From Nymphaea colorata (taxonomy: Eukaryota): a stretch of 64,000 nucleotides of DNA. How positions within the stretch are numbered: the stretch's first letter is position 1; each line of letters opens with the position of its first letter. Position numbers and translations under genes: made by a program. Below are positions 25,742-38,100 of the stretch, piece by piece. The stretch lies in contig NC_045138.2 of the NCBI RefSeq assembly GCF_008831285.2, positions 24,428,001 to 24,492,000 of the forward strand, read 5' to 3'. Under the pieces are notes generated by a model, which made no database searches, had not been told where the DNA came from, and saw only the letters and a list, made by a program, of their open reading frames with translations.

Positions 25742-28690
25742 ATTGAAGATAATTTTCTTGTTACAAATCATGTCTTGGATAAACTTTTTTCAAAATAAAA
25801 ACATGATTTTTTACCCTCAAATTTTAATGCGTTGTAAAGTCATTAATTTTTTTAACGCTCTTAATCATCTTTTTCCTATGCATTCAGATAATATGCTTCA
25901 AAAGTTCTCATTGTTAGGTAAAGTATGTGGAACGCATCCGACATGTCATTCTGCCCACCTGACGACTTGATGAATGGTTTAAACAAATTCACGAATACTT
26001 GGGGCAGGCCATTCAATTTCGCTTGCTCCTTTTATACATGTTAGCAACAAAATGTAAATTAAGCTAATATTATGGGGATATAAATAGAGGCATCGAGGGG
26101 CTTAAATTCTTAATGCATAAAACTTATTCACTAATTAATTAAGATCTGACTAGACTATATAAATAAAATAATGCAGTACAATCTCATTTTGTTGATTTTT
26201 CAGTGTAGATGTATATAAATAAAATAACTTGGAGATTGCAATAGGGTTGATACTCGATCACTAAGCAGACGCATATGGGCATGGTATGTGACTATGTGTT
26301 GCGTAAAATTAAAATACTAACCCAATGGAGTCCCCCAACTTCTCTATCTCCCTCTTCAACTCTGCAACTCGGAGCTTCCTCAACTCTTCGAACCATCCAC
26401 TACAAATTGAACACAGAACCACCATTACATTCAGCATCGATTACGAAGTAGTCAAACGATGATTTTGTTCGCTATATTCTACCAAAAAACTATGCATCAA
26501 CATTCCTATATATTTTCCTGCGTTTTTCACGTCAATATTCTCCCTACATGGACATTTGCTCCTGGCACTCGCCATGCATAATCGGCTCCGCCTGCAAAAA
26601 ACCTTTGTTTTCGATTACCCTATATCTGCTTTAAAGACGGGGCGGGACGAGGGTGGTTCATATCCACTACAATACCACAGCGATACGATAATTGTATTTT
26701 TTCTTTCAGGAAAATAGTATAAACCGGCATGCTGCATAAGCTTTAGAAGCAATTCTGTCGTCACATGTTTCTTCCGCCATATCAACAGATTTTTTATTTT
26801 AAAAATGATTTAATTAACTAAAAGTTGACAGGGTTAAGCTGATAAAAACCTTTGAACAATTTTTTTTCTTTAAGAATATATTTATTGACCACTTATAAAA
26901 GCATGGAACAAAACATAATTTTCTTCATAAGTTTCCATACTTGTAGGTTATCAACCACTTAAATAATACCAGACATCCATCAAATTGTCGTTAGAATTTT
27001 GAAGATACTTAAGGACCATAGAGACGTAAAGGAGTCGGAACACAGGCTAAGCAGACCTCTTCCAAAATCTGTCATGGTTGACAACCCGAGAAAAAATAAG
27101 TTCTTAAAGAAAGGCTTCCTTACGGTACTGCTTACAACTTTTCATTAGATTGTCAACGATTTTAGGTTAGCAATAGCTAAACTAAACATCAGGAAACCAT
27201 ACATTTTTGTCTGTGGTTTTTACTATTTGCACAAGGTTGCAGCCTTACATATAGTAAAGCATCACAAAGATCGATCGTCGTTATCATTTTATTCACATAT
27301 CGGCCAACGTCCTGGAAGGCCCGTATCGGCCTCTACCTGTAGAAGAGATCTTCCAACTTAGTAAAGAAGTTGGCTAAGACTTCGCGTCAAACAGTGGTTC
27401 CGCTGACCAACTTGGCAACCTTTCCTAACAGGTCACGTCGGGTCCAGAGAAAACAAATCCAAACCCGATCCGTGCAGTAACTATTCGACGCACTAGCGGG
27501 CAAAACCGGGTCGGGTTTGAGTTGAGTTGATTATCGTTTGAGGTCAGGAAAGTAGATACTCGTAACGGTCCGGGTCCATGAACCCGACCCACTGACAGCA
27601 TAAAAGGACCCGCTGGGACGCGGAGATCTCGACCGATTGCCGTCAGCGTCGGGGGTAGCCCCGCCGCTTCCACGTCAGCAAAATCCACCAATTTTTTTTT
27701 CGAAAAAGTGAGAGAGAGAGAAACGGCCGAAGAAATAGCCATCGACCGTAATTTATTGGAAGTACAGGGGTGCAAATTAAGGGATGCGAGCAACTTGTTC
27801 ATAATTACCATGGGGGACAGTTCCGTCCTTCAATAAGAAAGGTTGGGAAAGAAAAAAGTGAAAAAAAAAAGGGATATCGTAATTAGTTCTTACTCGCAGC
27901 CGCTGAAGCGCCCTCGCAAGTCGTGGTACTTGGTCTCGCACTCCTGCAACCATGCCCATAAATATACGAACAAATTACCAGGTTGCCACTCAATAGAATA
28001 AGCACCAGCGTCACATTGCCAGACAAGTCGGTCGTTTTATGGAAAATATCCCGAAAGACCAACCAAATTCAGAAACTCTTCGCGAAGAGCTAAAGCCTCC
28101 TTAGTCCCTGACCGATAAGGGTTCGGCGTTTTTATTTTTCATTTCCCGAAACACGAAAAATAAAATAAAATAACGACGACCCATATAAATAAAACGGCTC
28201 TGCTTATCCGGTTCACAAAACAGAGCAACAACGACGACCACCCAAATGTCAAGCACCAACGTTCCCCTGGCATTTTTCACGTCAGGAGGGAAAACGTGGC
28301 CGAAAACAGAAGCAAGGCTTGTTCTCGAGATTCACCCGCCAGTCCGACCTCCTACAGAAAACGAATCGACTCGTCTAATGAAAAAGCGTCGACTTTGGAC
28401 CATTTCAAGAAAGACGTTCCTATCCTGGGGGTAAAATTGTCACTTGAAAATTCAGCGCACGTCCACCACCACTAACGACCATAATAAAAGCAATTAATAA
28501 AAAACGAACGAAGAGCATAGAAAGGAAGAAACGCTCTCACCTCGGCGGTGAAAAGGTGCGGGTGACGCAAGGTTCGGGTCTGGACCTCGGAGGAGACGGC
28601 TTCCCAGGCACCTGCCCCGTGCCGGAGAACCGCCCCGCCGAGGACGAGCTCCTCCCACGTCCCCCATCCCGCCGGCCCCGTCTCATCCAT
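23421..28690 (-). CDS. Bromodomain-containing protein with N-terminal SANT/Myb-like and coiled-coil region, ~473 aa
   Basis: Exons 28541-28690 (WGTWEELVLGGAVLRHG..W), 27894-27943 (ECETKYHDLRGRF), 26322-26399 (WFEELRKLRVAELKREIE), 24444-25023 and 23421-23984 (VFRRRLESQ/RYKRLIRRHIDLEMI..RDLLLLLNNALVYY). Total 1422 nt, GT-AG introns, phases consistent. Confidence 0.92.
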
Positions 28691-29639
28691 GGCTTCCCCA
28701 GTCGACGTCCTCCGCGTCACCCCCGCGGCCGCTCATCGCTCATCACCTCCGCCGGTTCGAACGTCGGAAAACCGCCACGACGATGACAGAGATCTCTGGA
28801 GAAACAAGACGAGAGGTTTCCCCTGGGCTTCTGAGACCTGGTGATTTCCGGTGGGGACTCACGACGAATGTTTCCTCGGGTTGGTGTGGTCTAGGTAGGG
28901 GTTGAGAGCCGAGGGAGGGAGGGAGAGGAGGATTTTTAGGTTTTCCTTCGACGCCCTCCTCCCCTACTCTCCATTTTATATATTGACCTCCGAAATGGAT
29001 TACCAGATTCTCCTCATAAGAAGTTCGAAATTCCACTCTTATCCCTCAACCTCGCCGCCTCTCGAAGCTCAATGGGCTCGGTCCATTTATTTACCAGCTT
29101 GAGTAGTTTGCCTTTCGCTTGCCGTAACGGTTGAACTTCAAGAAGGGAACCGTTTTCTACAAGGGGAAGAAAACGCAAAATCGATTCGAATCGGTCTGAA
29201 TGGGTTGGTTGATTTTGACCTTCGCCAAAAATATTTTTTAAAAAATGATTTTTAAAAATAAATAGAAAAAATTAAAACATATTAAAAATGGTTTGCATAT
29301 GAGACGTAGGACTCCTGGACTGATCTAAAAAGTCCGTGCTACATGCGATCTTTTGTTTTTGATTTACCATCTTTTGTTTTTGGGTTAGCAAAGTTCGTTT
29401 TTCATTTGATTCATGTTGTTAAAGTAGTTAAAATTGTAATTTTATCCAAACACTACCTACCTTGTAATTGTATTATGCATAATGGCTGTGGATCACGTTT
29501 GAGTGTGTGCATTTGTTCAACTATTATTTAACTGTGTTCAACATTCATGTGAATTTGATATTTCTAGAAATTTCATCTAAAGAAGCTGGTTTTCTCATCC
29601 AAACAAAAACCAGGTTCTACTTGCCATCCAAACAGGAAA

Positions 29640-29795
29640 ACCGCATGGCCCTTGACCGCATCTTAATTTTTTTTTTTTAAACATTTACATGTAAATTTTA
29701 AAAAAATTTACTTGTTCTACATATAATTTTAAAAAATAATATGTTGGCCCTAGTCAAAATTTAAAAACTTTAAAAAAATTTATGACTCTGCCTTT
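29640..29795. mobile_element. Copy of MITE family A with degenerate ends
   Basis: Core ACATTTACATGTAAATTTTAAAAAAATTTACTTGTT..GTCAAAATTTAAAAACTTT, right end GACTCTGCCTTT. Confidence 0.6.
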
Positions 29796-29905
29796 ACAAG
29801 AGGTGTCATCCAAACACCCCCTTAATTTTTTATTGGACACTCATATGAAAAAATAAAAAAATAAGAAAGTATCAATTTAAATAAAAAAGCTTATGGGTAG
29901 GTATG

Positions 29906-30089
29906 CAGGGATGGAGCCAAGGGGGCCCCGCATAAGCTGGGCGTGGGCTCACCTCAAAATTTTTTATTTAAAATTTACATGTAAATTATAAGAAATTTTA
30001 ATTGTCTTATATAAAAAATTTGAAAAATAATATTTCAGTTCATGTCAAAATTTAAAAACTTTAATTCAAAATTTATAGCTTCGCCCCTG
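29906..30089. mobile_element. Full-length MITE family A element (hAT-like), 184 bp
   Basis: Imperfect TIRs CAGGGATGGAGC...GCTTCGCCCCTG; flanks TAGGTATG / CTGGTATG (6 of 8 identical, consistent with a decayed 8-bp TSD). Confidence 0.75.
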
Positions 30090-30243
30090 CTGGTATGTGT
30101 GCTTTAGGATAATCACCAGTCCTCCAATATTTCAGAAGCTTTCAATCAAGCAGAAGATGGTATTTTTGCTTGAGAGTAGAGGAAAGAAAAGGCAAAATTT
30201 AGATCTTTTATATATTTTTTTTTTTTATAAAAAATCCTTTGGA

Positions 30244-30470
30244 TAAGGGTGGAGACCAAGAGGGGGCTGCGTGGAACGTGGGCCCAATCTAAATATATAT
30301 ATTTTTTAAAATACACTTAAATTTTAAAAAAATTTACTTGTCCTTTATAAAACTTTTGAAAAATGATGTTTCTACTTATGTCAAAATTTAGAAATTTTAA
30401 TTTTCCTCCCCTCATAAAAAAATTTTGGCTCACTCCCTTATCTCTTAAAAAATTTTTAACTCCACCCTGG
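30244..30470. mobile_element. Copy of MITE family A with an apparently duplicated right end
   Basis: Left end TAAGGGTGGAG; right-end-like motifs GGCTCACTCCCTTA (~30427-30440) and AACTCCACCCTG (~30458-30469); same AT-rich core. Confidence 0.6.
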
Positions 30471-30879
30471 ATTTCCCTAAAACTTTAAAAGATTTCTAAC
30501 ATGCACCTAACAAAAAGGCTAATAACAGATGACCACTCAACCTGGAACATTAGTATTTATTTATTATTTTCAAATCACCGTCTCCAAACAGAAAATGTCA
30601 AATTGAGAGGAATAATTTATAAAAACATTTTTTTTAATTTAAAAAACAAAAACCAAAAGCGGAAAAATCAGACCAACTCTCCCGAAACAAGAGCAGGCCC
30701 AGTGGACTTATTGGTTTTAAAACGAGTCTGTAAGGAAAATTCACAAATCGACAGACAAAAGTTCGTCAAGTAACAGAATCGGGAAAATCCGTTTCCCACT
30801 TCCAAACGCGACCTACAATCATAGACTGGGATAAAATATATAAAAGCTTTCGAGCTTCGACATATGAAATGATATCCAA

Positions 30880-30995
30880 AACTGGTGGTTTCCTAGATTA
30901 TTCAGTCTCTATATCCATACACAATGCTAATCTTGAGAACTGGTGGATTTCTAGATTATTCAGTCTCTATATCCATACAACATGCTAATCTTGAG
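30880..30995. repeat. Two-copy tandem repeat, 58-bp unit
   Basis: AACTGGTGG....CTAGATTATTCAGTCTCTATATCCATACA...TGCTAATCTTGAG at 30880 and 30938. Confidence 0.9.
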
Positions 30996-31890
30996 TGTTT
31001 ATGCTGCTGGGAAAGCAACCAAGTCTCACCACCTTGCTCCGATTTATATGTGCAAGAAGCGGAAGTATATTTGGATCGCATGTTGATTCTGAGAAGCCGA
31101 ATTGTTTCAGATTCAGAGATCAGGTTACCACAATCAGATTGCATTTGATGAAGAACGACGTCTGATCATATTACTTCTTATATACTATTTTTTCTTTTAG
31201 CTACAATTAGTATTAGAGCGTGTACTTCAGGTGATAAACAGAAACAATCTTGGCATGTAGCTCTTGTTTCTAAATTTAATCTGGATTCCAATCTGAGAAT
31301 TAGCTCTAACAAAACCTTCATATACCCCATTTGATCCAAAGAGTTTTAGGGAGAAATGACCCAAGATCATAAAGTCATCCATAAATAGTTCAAGAACTCG
31401 GTCGCTTTCCGTTTGATGCCAAACTCATCTTAACGGCATAAACGTTTAAGCTTCATCAACTGTACCACCTGACACTATGATTTCACTGTTCCAACTTTTA
31501 GATCTCTCGAGTCCACTAAATGAAAACCAATTATTTCGCCTGTTGCAGCTTCTGTGCCACCTCGATCAGCTAGGAGTCAACGTCTTAATATTCTTCTGTT
31601 TTGGCTGTTTACTGTTTGTCAAATGAACCTTCAGTGCCATTAATTGGCGCTGCCCATTGAATATCATTCTTAATGACAACCAGTCTCAAAAAGTAGCCGT
31701 TTGGGGTTTGAATTTAAATTTGGGTGATCAAAAGTAGCCGCTCATGGCTGTATAAAATCTGGAAATATATAATAAAGTGGAGTGCAGAAAAAGGACCATT
31801 CAAAAAGATGACAACTTGATTGTCCCCATAAGGCCCAATCATGCTATAATTTGCCTTCACCGTAGTTGGCCTTCCTGCACTTCTGTCTCC

Positions 31891-32394
31891 ATGGCGCATC
31901 CCTTCAGTATTCCATTCGAGGAGGATGGGAGCATGGAAGAAGTTGGGATATGCAGCAAGAATGGTGCATGTGGCCAAGCTGTGCCGGAGAAAGATCAGAA
32001 GCCCAGCACCGGAAATTGGTTTTCTCAACGACCAACTTGCGGTGACCCAGTGACAAAGCCCCTCAGTGATGAAGACCTTGAAGAGCTCAAAGGATGCATA
32101 GACTTGGGGTTCGCGTTCGGCTTCGAGGAAGATCACAGATTGTGCAGAACGTTGCCGGCACTAAATTTGTATTACGCGATCAATCGTCTGCCCCTGTACA
32201 CGGGAGAGTATGGATTCACGGTTACAAACTCAGGTTAGATGAGAGTCTTTTTGTTTGTTTTCTGGTCTGTAAGTCGTGAGGAATGATCTTTTATTTTTGT
32301 TTCTGTGGCAGAAGACGACTCGAAGATGATGAAGATGAGGCTGAAGCAATGGGCACAAGTAGTTGCTTGCTCTATCAGGCAGTATTATGGATAA
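31891..32394 (+). CDS. DUF1685 family protein, ~141 aa
   Basis: Exon 31891-32233 contains LSDEDLEELKGCIDLGFAF..LCRTLPALNLYYA. Phase-1 GT-AG intron 32234-32311. Exon 32312-32394 = DDSKMMKMRLKQWAQVVACSIRQ. TATA-like motifs at ~31751-31775. Confidence 0.9.
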
Positions 32395-33101
32395 AATCGT
32401 GTTGAATTCTGTTTCCTTTTCTGTTTTTTGTACTCCCCATGCCCTGATTATTTTTGTTATTCTTTTTGTTTTCCACGAAATCTGAGTTGACATAATTTCA
32501 AAGAGCAAAGTTTTGGATGGTGTATATTCCTGGGCGGACAGCCACGCCTTTTTCTGAGTTCAGGTTCCAACACCCGCGGCCGCGGCAGAACCATGCACTG
32601 CACATGAATAAGGCTACGCATAAATCTGGATGCTTAAAATTTGCTTGGTAGAATTTAATAAAGCCACTTTCTGTGTGCTATACGGTAAATCTAATGCTTA
32701 AATGATCTACATATCACTAATGTTACAACTAAACTTTAATTTTTGTCATCATTTACCATACAAGCAAGGAACAGACAGCCAAGCCAGTCTTGAATTAACT
32801 GTCTGCAAATGCTGGTGCCAACATAAAAGATAGTCTCCAATTCATCAGTGCATCACAATGAAAAGGAAGTTAGATTAAAAAGAAACAAGAGTGTTCGCAA
32901 GATGAGTTTTGCAAGCTACTCTGCATCTCTCTCTCTCTTTCTCTCTCACGCGGGTATTTTTATTATTCCATTAGCTTCTATTACAAACTTGATCGGTAAA
33001 GTGTAACAAAACGGAAGGAACCTTATTGTTGGTTGCTATTTTAGACCATAAACAAGCTGTTTGTAATAAGCGAAAGGGAACGTGAGGATGATACCAAGTC
33101 A

Positions 33102-34200
33102 TCATGGCCCGGATAGCCGGGGAAAAATCTTTCGTTCTGCAGCAACCGATAAGGTGACCATGGTAGTGAAATCATTGCCAAACATCTCCTCGCCTTTGGA
33201 CCACGCTGAAAAGGAAATGAATCTCACAGCCATGTTCGTGTCAAATCCCAGACAGAGGACTGCATTTGTTCCTTTCTTCCACAAGAAACTTTGGCTTGCA
33301 AAAGCGATGATGCTTTCCTGTGAAAAATCCACTAGTCCCATGCCAGTATAATCTTTTCCAAACATGATAGCTGTATTCCTAAAAGTGGAATCATATAACA
33401 GTGGGTCTTGCATTAGCAACACATTGTCAGTTCCCAGCTGGCTTGCGAAGAAAAAACAAACAAAAGTGCATCTCATTTTGAATTTTGTTCAGTAAAAGCC
33501 TAGTGACTGTGAAATCCATAACTGGTCGCCAACAAAGTGCTCCACACTTCGTGATGAACGCGGGCCAGCTTAAGGCGTCCTAATTTCAAATAATATCTGG
33601 ATTCTGCTACCCAAGTGGCTGCTGTCAATCTCTTATAGGATCCACCACCTGAACCTGTGTTTGAAGAACAATCTGCAATTGGCCTTTCCCAAAGTCTCAT
33701 TTAACTAGTCTGTTAAATTGGCTGCACATATACCCTAAACGTGATCTAACTGGATCTGTTGTACATCTAAATGTCCTGGAGAATTCTAGGTGGCGACTTA
33801 TCTGACAGGGGAGCACCAACATACCACATGTAGAACCCGGAGGATCCGGAAAATTAATGTGTTTCGTGCCCTTATTACGCATGGACGATCAAGATAGAAG
33901 ATTGGTAACTGTATGGAAAGGCTTTTGGGAGCAGCTTTTTGGAACAAGAATTGTTTGCAGAGCACGTCCTATGGGCCAAAGGCTACAGGCGCTAGTTTGG
34001 AATTGCAAGCGGGTTAGGCGGTATGTAGACTCAGGTCTCTGAGAGAATGAAGCTTCACTTAAATGAATGCAGCAACGGAGAAGACGTTACACCATATTTT
34101 TCTAGGTGGCTATAGTTTAAAGCCGGGGCTAAAGCTATAGTTGGCTCGGGTTTCTTCGCAACTTCGCCTCTGTCGAAACCAGAAAGTGCGTCCCATGGCT
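33102..34200 (-). pseudogene. Old, broken Mutator-like (MuDR/MULE) transposase-related sequence
   Basis: Collinear motifs across broken frames: MGRTF..ANYSFSPGFKL (MuDR-domain-like), VRSRLGYMCS, GSYKRL, FRNTAIMFG, VLCLGFDTNMAVRFISF (cf. LxAVGxDxNNQIFPIAF), AAERKIFP (cf. AVxxVFP). Catalytic Asp positions appear lost. Recognised by eye only. Confidence 0.5.
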
Positions 34201-35114
34201 GACGTAACTAAAACGGGAAAGGATCCAGCGCTGGCTATTCGGAAGGAAGTTCGTGAATCATCCTTTTGTGTGTTCCTTCGAAACCCCAGCTCCATGGATG
34301 TGAACTCTTATGTGTCCTTTGGCTCGACTGGCTCGGATGTGTAAATGGGATTTTATAAGAAATGAAAGTTAATTGAATTTAAATGTCTGAAATTATATGG
34401 CTACAAATTCTTATTTATGCGCCAAAATAAACTGCCAATAACACATTGGCCACCATATGTGCTCATACGAAGTTAGAGAGGCAAGATAAAGCCCAATACA
34501 AGCCCAAGACGTTGACAGCCTTACCCATTGACCATTTTAATCTGATCCTTTGCAGTACGCAGAACCTGACACTTCCTTTCTTTTCTCCTGCAAGCTACCA
34601 AAGACAGGTGACACAACTTCCATGTATTAAAATTGTGTTTGATATATGCAACTTCCATCTGCACTTGTAGACACATAAAGGGACTTGCCCGCGGTTCTCC
34701 ACTAAGAATAAGAAAGCAGAAAACAACAGAAGGAAAGCGCCGAATTTTGCATTCACTATTGACTCAAATTTGAAGTACATACAAGATTGATATATATCAT
34801 ATTTATACAAATCAAGTGATGAGGGCTCATCATGTATGACTCCTAAAAGACCAAACTCAACAGTGCCACAACAAAATTTTGTAACCTGCTGAGAGGATAA
34901 GGAGGTCTCTGGTTTCACCCTCCTAACCCTCACGAGAGGACGTGGTCTGGCCTAGAGAGACACGTTAGAGGTGTTCACCCCAGTAAGCAGAAGTCATCTG
35001 GTTTACAAAAATTTGATGCATGTACGGATCGTTGCAGCATAACCTTGCTTTCTTGGGGAACAAGTGCGTCTGAAAATTGATCATCATATACCACAATATC
35101 CAAAGATCAGCATG

Positions 35115-38100
35115 TTATACTTCCTGAATTGCCAAATTTAATTCATTGGCAGCCCTTGACATGAGTCCACCTTTCCTGTAATGAAATGAGAAGCAAAGAA
35201 TGCATCAGATTGAAAAAGAAAAGCCAAACAAAAAAAGGCAATGCTTTTTTTATGGGCACAATAAGCATGACAATTTACGTATTCCATCTGCTTTCCAGAT
35301 CAGAGTTTTTCATCTTATGATGTAATACCCTTTGATTATATAAATTACATTCAGAAACTGAAGCTTATGTAGAATTGAAGCATTCCTGAAATTTCCAAAT
35401 TTAACTAGAACGATGATGATAAAACATCTCCATCCACAAGTGCCCAGCTGAAGGATTTACTAGAAATTACATGATAAAAACAGATCTTCAACTAAAACCA
35501 AGTGACTCTTAAAAGAAATCTTGTTCATTCATCATCAAGGCAACACATTCAAAAGATTCAGGGGATGATTTGAGAAGGGCTGTTAGATTCCTTCAATTAC
35601 TTTATTCCAAGGGAAAGAGTTAATTTCTAAATTATGAAATAAATATAAAACAGACAATGTTTCCACGTGATTGTTACCATCAAAGGTTAGCAAGATAAGA
35701 TCAATGAAGATTAGAATGCTTGATTCAAATTACTGCCTTTTACAAGAATTCCATCTATTCAATGGCAACTGGCAAGGTAACTCAGTTTCCATCGTTGGAA
35801 ATATTCACCTTAGTATAGAAGTAAGACATTGCTTAATCTTTTGCAGCTCAGCAAAACACTGGTTACAGCGCTCTAGCCTGTGCCAAATAGGGAGAAATCT
35901 TAACAGTAATAAAACCACGAACATAGAACTTATCAAAGGAAGGGATAACTGGTGGAATTATAAACCGTTCTTCTGCATGCAGATCAACCCCGACAAGTGC
36001 TGGTCCAGATACTGTTGAATGGATTACCGGCCCAAAGGTTCTCACAAGTTTTACAAGCATATCCAATGACACACTTACATGCCTGCATATTTGAAACTTG
36101 CAGTGTCAACAAACAAAAGGCTGGCAACATGAAGCAGTAAATGCATAATATGTTGGAGTGCATCGGAGGAATGGATATATCAATCATGCCTGTCAAACTT
36201 GCTACAAAGTAAGCCAGTAAGCAACGGTAACATGCAAGCACAAATGTCCAGTGTAACTGCATCAAATTTCTCCATTAGTACACTTATTACATCTGCATGC
36301 ACCTGCAAGTCCAACCATAATCCAGCCAACATGAGAAAAAGCTATCCATTAGCAGCTACATAATAGTAGCTTGAGCAGAATACCTACAGAGTAATCAGAC
36401 ATCTTCTCCATGGTAAAGATTGCTCCTTTTATGTCATTCCTATCCCAGAAGCGCCGTACAACCTGAGTGAAAGCTTCCCCAGGATCAGATGCATGCAAAA
36501 ATATCTTAATAATTCAATGCCAAAAGGAATGAGCCAGAACAGATAACTACTATTGTAAGTTCTAGAAAAGTAACATTAATGCAATATGTAAGAAAAATTA
36601 GTGACCAGACACATCCTAGAGGAATAGGCTGGAACCTTGATTCAAAGCACTAGACAGCAACAGAAACTTGTGATTGTCAAGATTGTTGAAAGCATACTCT
36701 TCAACAAGTGATCGTCAAGACTATAAAGCCTTACATGGCAACTAAAATTCTTACAACAGGATTACCAAGAAACAAAGAAATAATAAGTAAATTATAAATA
36801 TACTGCATTTATTAGTCATGAGAAAATTGATCTCTGATACCAACTACAAGAATGCTGAGACAAAGTTAATCGTAGAAACATCAAGATCAAATCCCTAATA
36901 AATACTTTTTCACCAATGTACCTGCAATTTTGTTAGACGAGATTGCATCTCACTCGAAAAAATGCCATGATCTTTTAATGCACTGTCACAATCATCCTCA
37001 TCAGAAGATGAAGTTGTTTCACTGTCAGCTGCCTGAAACTGACCCTTCTGGTAAACAAAAAAGGCATCAGAAAATATGTTTGAAACTAGCAGATATGATA
37101 TGGGAGACCATCAAAACATTTCTGCAACAATGAAACACAGATCATCAACCTACCGAAACAGAAAATGAACTCTCAGGTGATTCAGAGGAAGCACTCATTC
37201 CTAGTGTGTCATTGCTTGGAGACCTTTCCCTCTTCTCCCAGCTCTCCACCAAAGTTCGCGTTCTTCCTGATGACTGTCGTTTTTCTGTGCGGGTGAAAAA
37301 GCAAAGTCAAAATTACCATAATTATGTACACTTGAAAAAACAACAACAGTCACCCCCTTCAACAGCTCAACAGTACCTGTCCCCCTGCTTATAGCAAGCA
37401 CCTTATCTGTCCCCTTGTTCACATCAAACATTTTATCATTTGACCCCCTGCTTCCATCAAACGTTTTATCATTTGACCCCTTGCTTCCATCAAACATTTC
37501 ACCATTTATCCCCCTACTTCTGTCCAGCATTTTATCATTTGATCCACTGCTCTCATCAAGCATTTTATCATTTGCCCCTCTGCGTCCACTGAGAATTTTA
37601 TCATCACCTGAAAGCAAATAACAGCAGCAATTGATAGAGATGAATACCATACTCTCGTCAAGCCATTAGCAAATCCTTGGTGCTTTGCTATCCATAAAAT
37701 AGAAAACCATCTCTACTCTACAGTGAAAGAAATGACAAGACCCTTGGTGATGCAAACTCATGCAAAGCAAGTATAAAGACTAATTTGCTATGATGCCAAT
37801 TTCCAACTATTTAGTGAACATCCCATTGCCAACATCATTCATATAAGAAGCTACAATGAAATATCCTTTGAATAGCTTCAGAAAATTAAAAAAGATAGGT
37901 TCTCAGGTGCAGAAGAGCATAAAACAGTCCATGTTTAGAAGGAAACCTTACTCTAAGGATACTAATTTGACAAGGATTTTGAGTTCAATAATTTGCATGA
38001 GGACCAAAACCCCATTCTCAGCTTTCAGAACTTATAGTGAACTAAGGAAACAAAAGTTATAGAAGGAATTGGCACTAAGGGAAGATAGAAAATGAACAAA

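Noticed and set aside
27425..27811. 128-aa ORF inside bromodomain intron 2
   Set aside because: Overlaps a TCGGGT/ACCCGA-rich MITE-like remnant; no recognisable protein motif
31146..31168. TGATGA...CTGA as a C/D-box snoRNA
   Set aside because: The boxes are too close together and I saw no terminal stem or rRNA guide
37201..37376. C-terminal part of the 149-aa ORF as KTN80 coding sequence
   Set aside because: It is intron read-through; the conserved GRTRTLVE motif is in another frame reached through the donor at 37376
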